From the IMG/VR virus record IMGVR_UViG_3300049460_000196, positions 1 through 64,000 of that record: a DNA stretch of 64,000 bases; one strand, 5' to 3'. This DNA is from a virus. Under the pieces are notes generated by a model. That model made no database searches, had not been told where the DNA came from, and was given only the letters and a program-made list of their open reading frames with translations. The translations under genes and the position numbers were made by a program. Position 1 is the first letter of the stretch. Each line of letters opens with the position of its first letter. Below are positions 57,822 through 64,000 of this stretch, one piece after another.

Positions 57822-58235
57822 TTACCGAACATAGAAATACTTGGCATGATCTTCACCATTTGCACCAGTTCGACGTGAGCGTTTGGTGATCTTACCTGCA
57901 ACTCCCTTATTCATCGCAACATCAACTTGTTCATACGAGTATGACTCAACGTGCATAACCAGATCACCATCGTCGCTCAAATAGGCTTGATCATATTGAA
58001 GCTTGGGAATCAACTGGTCAGAAATGAAGGCCACATACGATACGGTATCATGAAATTGTGGAGGAACATGCTTGTGCATGAATGCTACTGCATTGTCGCG
58101 TGTTGGCGCAAGCTCAACGTCCTCGGACACCAGGATAGCCATGTTGCCACGAGTGTGCGACAAGCCATCGTCATACACCAGAAAAACGCTTGGCTTGTAG
58201 GCATACTTGGGTAAAGTGATCGACAAATCCATCAA
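57822..58235 (-). CDS. hypothetical protein (tandem paralog)
   Basis: ITLPKY..KPSV..DQ...K..Y.QA. Confidence 0.7.
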   Translation of the reverse strand: MMDLSITLPKYAYKPSVFLVYDDGLSHTRGNMAILVSEDVELAPTRDNAVAFMHKHVPPQFHDTVSYVAFISDQLIPKLQYDQAYLSDDGDLVMHVESYSYEQVDVAMNKGVAGKITKRSRRTGANGEDHAKYFYVR

Positions 58236-58609
58236 ACACCCTTTGCGATGTCAGGATGTTTTGCCAGCAAAGTAGCCAACAGTTCTTTCTCTGCCGCCTC
58301 GTCTTTGGCTTTCTTCTTCAGTGCCTTTTCCTTACGGGTGAGATCAGCTTTTGCTTTACGTTGACGTTCTGCTTCTTCTTCCTTAGCAATAATATCCACG
58401 TAGTCGCGAACAGTTTTCTTGATGAAAGCTGCTTCGTCTGCTGGACGTTCAATGATCGAAAAGTTCATACGATGCGATGCACCATACAGCTTGTTATAGG
58501 TATCTTCGTCAACTTCAGTCCACTCAGTGATTGAATTTACGATCTGATCGCAATCATCACCATAATTATAGTAGAAGTCGCGAGTGGTTATAATGGCAAT
58601 TTTTCTCAT
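58232..58609 (-). CDS. hypothetical coiled-coil protein
   Basis: ORF. Confidence 0.65.
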   Translation of the reverse strand: MRKIAIITTRDFYYNYGDDCDQIVNSITEWTEVDEDTYNKLYGASHRMNFSIIERPADEAAFIKKTVRDYVDIIAKEEEAERQRKAKADLTRKEKALKKKAKDEAAEKELLATLLAKHPDIAKGV

Positions 58610-58625
58610 TTGCTCTTGTTATTGT

Positions 58626-58696
58626 TGGACCCACCTGCTGGGCTCGAACCAGCCTCACAGAGGTCGGAGCTCTGTGGCGTCTCCCTACGAGGTGAG
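58626..58696 (-). tRNA. atypical tRNA-Arg(CCG) with truncated D-arm
   Basis: ACAGAG-CT-CCG-AC-CTCTGT, GCTGG-TTCGAGC-CCAGC, CCA. Confidence 0.7.
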
Positions 58697-58703
58697 TTAT
58701 GTT

Positions 58704-58787
58704 TGGTCTCGGTGACAGGAGTCGAACCTGCAAAAGCCTGGGGTCTAGACCCAGTAGGTGTACCTGATTTCCATGAGCCACACCGAG
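58704..58787 (-). tRNA. atypical tRNA-Leu(UAG): enlarged D region, short variable arm, C33
   Basis: CTCGGTG/CACCGAG-A-CCA, CTGGG-TC-TAG-AC-CCCAG. Confidence 0.75.
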
Positions 58788-58796
58788 GTAATTCTA

Positions 58797-59045
58797 TTAT
58801 TCAACTATTTGATTTGCAGCCATCGTGGCATCGATTTTTCGTTGTTGATCCTGATCATATAATCGAACAAAAATTAGTTCAATACGTTGACTCCATTGCT
58901 GATCACGAATTTCCTTTTCAGTCTTCTCCGCTGAAGCAATGGCGAGATCAACAGCACGATCATCTGGAAAAATATGGACCACAGATGACGAAGCAAAATC
59001 ACCACCATTGACATGCTTGGTTATAATCAATACCGGACAAGTCAT
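58797..59045 (-). CDS. hypothetical protein
   Basis: coupled ORF. Confidence 0.5.
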   Translation of the reverse strand: MTCPVLIITKHVNGGDFASSSVVHIFPDDRAVDLAIASAEKTEKEIRDQQWSQRIELIFVRLYDQDQQRKIDATMAANQIVE

Positions 59046-59220
59046 TTTCGTTTTTGTTGTTGATAAGCCAGGGTCATCACGTGTGTGATTTCGTCATCGT
59101 CGGTGTGATATACCTCACTACCATCTGCATACTTGACTTTACAATATTTCTTGCGGGAATCAAGTAAGTGGAGATCACCATACTCAACTGAAAGCATGAT
59201 GCGATTGCTCGTGATTTCAA

Positions 59221-59427
59221 TCATACCGGATAGCGGATGACTTCACCTGCCGCCAAGGCTTTAACTTGCTCAGCCAACTGTTCTTGAATCAGCAACAGCT
59301 CTGCTTTTGTGGTGATGTGTTTTTTGCTGTCGTCAGCAAAGATCACCATACAATCAACATTTTCTGGATGATCGTAATTGTAGTCTACCGACTTGATGTA
59401 CAGCGGATATTTGTCCATGTAAGCCAT
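59221..59427 (-). CDS. hypothetical protein
   Basis: GAGGAG RBS. Confidence 0.55.
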   Translation of the reverse strand: MAYMDKYPLYIKSVDYNYDHPENVDCMVIFADDSKKHITTKAELLLIQEQLAEQVKALAAGEVIRYPV

Positions 59428-59489
59428 TCAAATGCTCCTCGAAAGCATTATGGTAACAAGACAAATACTTGATGTCTAATTATGAATTC

Positions 59490-59565
59490 TGGTGCTGATG
59501 AAGGGGATCGAACCCTTGACCTCTTCCTTACCGAGAAAGTGCTCTTCCAACTGAGCTACATCAGC
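59490..59565 (-). tRNA. tRNA-Thr(GGU)
   Basis: GCTGATG/CATCAGC-A-CCA, CTTTC-TC-GGT-AA-GGAAG. Confidence 0.9.
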
Positions 59566-59596
59566 GTTGAAGGGACGGGAAGAACTCCCGTCCCTT

Positions 59597-60166
59597 TTAG
59601 TTACCTGGCAACAGGCGACTTTTCTTCTGCACACCAGCCAGCAAAAATTCCATCTGGTCAGCCAGGATGTTGCGGTTACGCATGATCAATCCTTCGTTAC
59701 GGTCAGGTACGTATGGTACGTACAAGAGTGGCATTTTTGCTTCTTCAGGAGTACGGTCAGCTTTACGACTGTTGCATGGCTCGCAAGCCGCAACAATGTT
59801 CTGCCATGTGAATGGACCACCACGCGAGTCTGGCATGATGTGTTCCATGCGCAGGTCATCTTTATGGAACTGACCACCGCAGTAAGCACAGGTGTGACGG
59901 TCACGAAGAACCAGAGCATCCTTGCTCAAAGCAATCGACAAGCGGTGACGCTGATCGCTCTTGCCCTTTACTGCGATAATGGTTGGCACTCGCATGGTGG
60001 ACTGGTCACCATCACGATTGTGACCTCCGCGCAGAGTGATCTGCTCATCGCCCATTTCCCAAAGAATCTTACCCAGCGATTGCAGGTAAGCGTAGTGTTC
60101 AATATCTGACCACTGGGTTGGCGTACCATACGCATCCAGTGTCAATATCCGTATCCGATCCAACAT
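59597..60166 (-). CDS. HNH endonuclease (McrA/HNH_5-like)
   Basis: RDRHTCAYCG, EHIMP.SRGG..WQN.V.AC..CN.RK.DRTPEEA.M.L. Confidence 0.92.
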   Translation of the reverse strand: MLDRIRILTLDAYGTPTQWSDIEHYAYLQSLGKILWEMGDEQITLRGGHNRDGDQSTMRVPTIIAVKGKSDQRHRLSIALSKDALVLRDRHTCAYCGGQFHKDDLRMEHIMPDSRGGPFTWQNIVAACEPCNSRKADRTPEEAKMPLLYVPYVPDRNEGLIMRNRNILADQMEFLLAGVQKKSRLLPGN

Positions 60167-60204
60167 ATCGTACCTCCTTTCAGTTATCAGTTATTTAATC
60201 AAAC

Positions 60205-60232
60205 AAAAGGCCCAGGAATTCCTGGGCCTTTT
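60205..60232. terminator. intrinsic terminator
   Basis: AAAAGGCCCAGGAATTCCTGGGCCTTTT. Confidence 0.8.
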
Positions 60233-60248
60233 CAATTGTGTGTATCGC

Positions 60249-60653
60249 TTAGAGTGCAAGTAAGGGTGGTAAACCTATTCCTGCTCGCAACCTCTGACAA
60301 TCTGGATTCGGCGTACCATCATCCATCCAGACTGGAAATTCCCTACATACTGATGGACGGTTGGTGTAAATTGCACAACCGATACCACCGACACCAATCT
60401 CACCCTGGAGTGCAGAGCAGCGACCATTACCACATTCAGTACCAGTCATGCACGCCATGAAATCATTGACCTTAGATGTCAATGCAACGGGCACCGTACC
60501 ACCAACATCAGTCGTTTCACCCTGGTAGAATGAAACCCGGTAATGGGAGCAGCAAATGCCGCAAGTCAAGCATGGATTGTCTGGGCCGTCAGGCATGTCA
60601 ATAAAGACCTTGCCGTCATCCTGAACCCTGGATATTTGTTTGATCGTTTCCAT
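60249..60653 (-). CDS. YkgJ-family cysteine-cluster (Zn/Fe-chelating) protein
   Basis: NPCLTCGICC, RC.AL.G, C.IY.NRPSVCREF. Confidence 0.88.
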   Translation of the reverse strand: METIKQISRVQDDGKVFIDMPDGPDNPCLTCGICCSHYRVSFYQGETTDVGGTVPVALTSKVNDFMACMTGTECGNGRCSALQGEIGVGGIGCAIYTNRPSVCREFPVWMDDGTPNPDCQRLRAGIGLPPLLAL

Positions 60654-60663
60654 GACGGCCTCG

Positions 60664-60966
60664 TCAGACCTTAATAGCAATGTTGACGTTATCCATTTCC
60701 ATAAGACCCTGGTGATACACATCTTCGCTATCGATGTACAGGCGAATTTCTTGGTTGTTCATGTTTGTGTCAACTTCCATCCACCAAGCTTCTTGGTCGC
60801 GTGGTGGATAACCAAATACACGAACAATCTCATGACTGATTTGCAGAATGTTGTGGGTATAAAAGTTGAAGCGGAAACCGAATTTGGATTTCTTGGGCTT
60901 GAATTCGTGCATGGCAACCTCGTGATTAGAAGTTGCCAGTTTAACTGGCAGAATGCTATTTTGCAA
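60664..60966 (-). CDS. hypothetical protein
   Basis: ORF. Confidence 0.5.
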   Translation of the reverse strand: MQNSILPVKLATSNHEVAMHEFKPKKSKFGFRFNFYTHNILQISHEIVRVFGYPPRDQEAWWMEVDTNMNNQEIRLYIDSEDVYHQGLMEMDNVNIAIKV

Positions 60967-60986
60967 ACGGCATTCTTCAGGTATAC

Positions 60987-61547
60987 TTAGATATATGCCG
61001 AACGAATCTGATCGTACAATTCAGCTTTGGCCTTTTGCTTACCGATTGGTCCAAGCTTGTTGATGGTGCGCAGATATGCGTTGAATGGCTGCAATACCGA
61101 TTCATATTTGTCTTCCACGTCCGGGCCTGGATTCGTCAATGCTTCAATGAGGACGGACAATACGGCATCTGCACCAGTGCCAACATGGTTGATCAAGGCA
61201 GTCATTACCGTATTTGGAGTTACACCCGCCATATCACCAACATAATCGGAAACGTTATCTGGGTTTGCAACCAAGAAGTCATACATTGAATCGCAGTAGT
61301 CTTTCATGAACGCTGGCAGATCAATACCGAACGACTCAAAAGTTCTCGGCTCAAAATTCTTTCGATCACCACGACGTTCAGCTGCTGCTTGTTTGTTACG
61401 GGTTCTGATGTTTTCAATCTCGCGGAATGCCGCATCGCGTGCTTTCGCATTTACTTCAGGACTGAATTCATCACTGTATTGCCACAAGCTCGAGAGCTTT
61501 GGGACTGGTTCAGCTTCCATTAATTGTTTGATTTCGTTGAATCGCAT
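60987..61547 (-). CDS. hypothetical protein, probable late gene
   Basis: GGAG RBS, upstream TAAATA, MRFNEI start. Confidence 0.7.
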   Translation of the reverse strand: MRFNEIKQLMEAEPVPKLSSLWQYSDEFSPEVNAKARDAAFREIENIRTRNKQAAAERRGDRKNFEPRTFESFGIDLPAFMKDYCDSMYDFLVANPDNVSDYVGDMAGVTPNTVMTALINHVGTGADAVLSVLIEALTNPGPDVEDKYESVLQPFNAYLRTINKLGPIGKQKAKAELYDQIRSAYI

Positions 61548-61582
61548 AAGATACTCCCATTAAGAGAGTATTTATCTTGTGG

Positions 61583-61658
61583 TGGTGCCCATTACCAGAA
61601 TCGAACTGATGGCCTCCTGATTACGAAACAGGCACTCTTCCAACTGAGCTAAATGGGC
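61583..61658 (-). tRNA. tRNA-Thr(CGU)
   Basis: GCCCATT/AATGGGC-A-CCA, TT-CGT-AA loop. Confidence 0.9.
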
Positions 61659-61659
61659 T

Positions 61660-61980
61660 TTAAACTTTGGCGCGAGCTACAAAGAGCTGCATGGCTTTCT
61701 GAATATCAATGCTGTACAGGTTAGGCCCAATCAACTCACTCATTGGTAAGTTGCGGCCAGGAGCCCGGTAGGCTTTGATCTGATGTACGTTATTGGCACT
61801 GAGGAATTGAATCAACTCAGCCAACAATCGACGAGTGATTACACCGTGAAGACCAGTCACCCAGACTACATGGGGTGTTTCCCACATGAGCGTACAAATG
61901 GCGTCATATGGTGCATACGGGTCGGTGGATGACTCGTTGAAGAATCGAACTTGCGAGGTTACCGTAGTGTGTCGAATCAT
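61660..61980 (-). CDS. hypothetical protein
   Basis: ORF with TAAATA upstream. Confidence 0.55.
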   Translation of the reverse strand: MIRHTTVTSQVRFFNESSTDPYAPYDAICTLMWETPHVVWVTGLHGVITRRLLAELIQFLSANNVHQIKAYRAPGRNLPMSELIGPNLYSIDIQKAMQLFVARAKV

Positions 61981-62024
61981 ATTTCACCATAAATGTATTC
62001 CTGTATTTATGGTGAATCTATGGT

Positions 62025-62300
62025 TCATTTACTACATGTAATTGGCTGAACTGGATTGCCACGGAAACCTGGTTGATACACTTGCACCAAGGCCACGCCA
62101 CCAGCACCATTACTGGTATTCGACTTTTCCTGCGAAGCAACAGCAAACACGAAGCCACTCAAGCATACCGTGTTGACTGTTACCGTTGCATTGTTGTTAG
62201 TCTTAGTTGATACCGACTCTGGGCGAAACACAGGAGCAACGGCATCAGCCGCAAATGCGGTACTGGCGAGCAACAGGGTAGTGAGGATTACTTTTTTCAT
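62025..62300 (-). CDS. small secreted protein
   Basis: signal peptide MKKVILTTLLLASTAFA; two Cys; start trimmed. Confidence 0.7.
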   Translation of the reverse strand: MKKVILTTLLLASTAFAADAVAPVFRPESVSTKTNNNATVTVNTVCLSGFVFAVASQEKSNTSNGAGGVALVQVYQPGFRGNPVQPITCSK

Positions 62301-62413
62301 ATTTGATATTATTGGGGGCGGGTGGAGGACTCGAACCTCCGACAACGTCCTTACAAGGGAATTGAGGGTTATGCTGTGACTATCCTGATCAGGATCGTGC
62401 CTTTCGGCTTCTA

Positions 62414-63035
62414 CAGCTAAATAAGGTCGCGAGATTGCAGTCTCCACCTTTCTAACGCTTTCAAGGAGCATCAGCATGGATATTTATCCGCCAACTTTTC
62501 TTTATATAAAACAACACGCAATTACTGGCAAACTTTACTTTGGCAAAACCGCAAAGGACCCAGAAACTTATTTGGGATCAGGCACTTATTGGCGCAAGCA
62601 TATCAAAAAACATGGAACAGAACATGTCATTACTGTGTGGTATTGTTTGTTTTATGACACGACAACAATAAGTGAATTTGCATTATCATTTTCGGCAATG
62701 CACAACATTGTTGAATCTACAGATTGGGCAAATCTTAGGCCTGAAAATGGTCTAGATGGTAACCTTCCTGGAAATGTCCCGTGGAATGTCGGACTAGAAG
62801 CACACAATAAAGGCACAACCAGTCCAAACAAAGGGCGAACTTTGTCAGTTCGTTCTCAAGAACATAAAGACAAAATATCAGCAAGCTTAACTGGTAAAAC
62901 CAAGTCTAGTAAACCTCAACCCAATCGAAAAGCACGGGTACATGTAAAACACGACACCGTAATCTGCCCTCATTGCGGAAAAACTGGCGGAAGTAATATA
63001 ATGGGTAGGTGGCATTTTTCTAATTGTCCAGCTAA
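62414..63035 (+). mobile_element. endonuclease cassette with 7-bp direct repeat CAGCTAA
   Basis: CAGCTAA at 62414-62420 and 63029-63035 flanks the leader and most of the ORF. Confidence 0.7.
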
Positions 63036-63054
63036 GACGTGCTCTACCAACTGA
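62476..63054 (+). CDS. GIY-YIG-like (Seg-type) homing endonuclease with NUMOD3-like repeats and C-terminal Zn finger
   Basis: FLYIKQH..TGKLYFGKT..Y.GSG.YW, WAN; PWN.G, EHKDKISASLTGK, CPHCGK..RWH..NC. Confidence 0.82.
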   Translation: MDIYPPTFLYIKQHAITGKLYFGKTAKDPETYLGSGTYWRKHIKKHGTEHVITVWYCLFYDTTTISEFALSFSAMHNIVESTDWANLRPENGLDGNLPGNVPWNVGLEAHNKGTTSPNKGRTLSVRSQEHKDKISASLTGKTKSSKPQPNRKARVHVKHDTVICPHCGKTGGSNIMGRWHFSNCPAKTCSTN

Positions 63055-63075
63055 GCTAACCCGCCCAAAAACTGT

Positions 63076-63447
63076 TTAGCAGCCTGCCGCAGGGCCGCGA
63101 TGTGCCATGCCGTAGGCAATGTGATCGGAATTACTACCCGCCTCTGCAAGCATTTTGGCCATGCGAGCGCGAGTCATATCATCTTCGAGACGTTTAGCTT
63201 CAGCTTCAGTCTGGATGGCAAGTTGCAGGTGATTGCCGATGATGTTCAGCTTTTCTTGAGTAATGCCGGTCGGTTTACTGACTTCCAGATAACCACGGAG
63301 CCAGTAAACGAAATCGCGAGAATTCATTGGAGTTAATCCTTGTTGTTGTTCAATAGCTAGACGTCGAATCCCGTCTACCAGTGCCTGTAATAAGACTTGT
63401 TTGCTCATCATGTGGCAACTATACAACAACAAGGTGGTACCATGCAA
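63076..63447 (-). CDS. hypothetical protein (probable start MNSRDF)
   Basis: FVYWLRGYLE..I.NHLQL. Confidence 0.6.
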   Translation of the reverse strand: MHGTTLLLYSCHMMSKQVLLQALVDGIRRLAIEQQQGLTPMNSRDFVYWLRGYLEVSKPTGITQEKLNIIGNHLQLAIQTEAEAKRLEDDMTRARMAKMLAEAGSNSDHIAYGMAHRGPAAGC

Positions 63448-63449
63448 GC

Positions 63450-63911
63450 TTACATGATATCCAGATAATCAAACCGTTCGTCAGGAGACATTGGCGCTTC
63501 TTCGCTCAACATCTTGGGATTGAACGCCTTCAGGAAAGCCTGAATGTCGGCTTGGGAAATGCTTGTGATCTCGTCGTAAACCTTGTACTGCCATTCCACG
63601 AGTTCACGCTCGGAGAGGCGATCAGGCATGACCACAACGTCGCAAGCATCGAAGCTCGACGCTGGGTTGCTCCAACCGAAGTCGTTTATCCTAGGACGAA
63701 TCTCGGCGAGAACGCTCGCAACATCGGACAGCTTAACGTTGCAGACCACAAGCTCGGTATGCGAACCTTTTGGACGCCAGCTTTGAGGCACTTCTCCGGT
63801 GCCGTCCCAATCCTCAACACCCTTGTTGATCCAGTACTGACCCGTTATCGCGATTTGAACCAGCATCGAGTGCTCCTTAAGATTGGAAGATCGTGGTGCC
63901 GTACAGTTCAT
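63450..63911 (-). CDS. hypothetical protein (probable start MLVQI)
   Basis: WDGTGE.PQ.W.PKG; AAGGAG RBS. Confidence 0.65.
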   Translation of the reverse strand: MNCTAPRSSNLKEHSMLVQIAITGQYWINKGVEDWDGTGEVPQSWRPKGSHTELVVCNVKLSDVASVLAEIRPRINDFGWSNPASSFDACDVVVMPDRLSERELVEWQYKVYDEITSISQADIQAFLKAFNPKMLSEEAPMSPDERFDYLDIM

Positions 63912-64000
63912 CGATGGTAAGGAAATCTACCACTGGCCGTCGGCCATTAACGAAGCCAAAAATCAGGCTGATGTATTTGAAACCGTTGACCAGTTCGCGG

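Larger units (their letters stand above)
62313..63065 (-). tRNA. interrupted tRNA-Thr(UGU): 5' part ~63034-63065, 3' part 62313-62357, with CACAGCA module and endonuclease insertion between
   Basis: GGCGGGT-TAGCTCAGTTGGTAGAGCA-CGTCT ... CTTGTAA-GGACG-TTGTC-GGAGG-TTCGAGT-CCTCC-ACCCGCC-C-CCA. Confidence 0.85.

Noticed and set aside
58704-58787. Amber suppressor and stop-codon recoding
   Set aside because: The stem centres TAG rather than CTA, and conserved genes are full length in the standard code.
62358-63035. Group I intron in tRNA-Thr
   Set aside because: No terminal G or recognisable P7 core, and the ORF is antisense to the tRNA.

Overview
This window looks like part of a large (jumbo-type) lytic bacteriophage genome, probably infecting a betaproteobacterium. 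The host guess is an inference from the FKBP and RpoZ sequences. It holds densely packed, mostly minus-strand small ORFs and host-like auxiliary genes: M16 and S8 proteases, RpoZ, Pth2, two GatB/YqeY-domain proteins, Tpt1/KptA, a macrodomain, EndoV, AlkB/2OG-Fe(II) oxygenases, a MazG-FKBP fusion, a CoaB-aldolase fusion and a TROVE-like vWA protein. The RNA gene complement is unusually rich: canonical and aberrant tRNAs, an RNase P RNA and a ~1.2 kb GOLLD-like structured RNA. The main observation is a dispersed RNA module, a short helix followed by unpaired (Y)RCAGCA(A). It occurs in the leader of the TROVE/vWA gene, closes four circularly permuted tRNA-derived RNAs (T-arm, then loop-closed acceptor stem, then D-arm), two of which lie directly upstream of Tpt1, and sits inside the anticodon arm of a normally ordered tRNA-Thr and probably of a 231-nt tRNA-like RNA. 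This suggests a divergent Ro60/Y-RNA-like or tRNA-processing/decoy system. All calls were made by eye without database searches, and boundaries may be off by a few nt.
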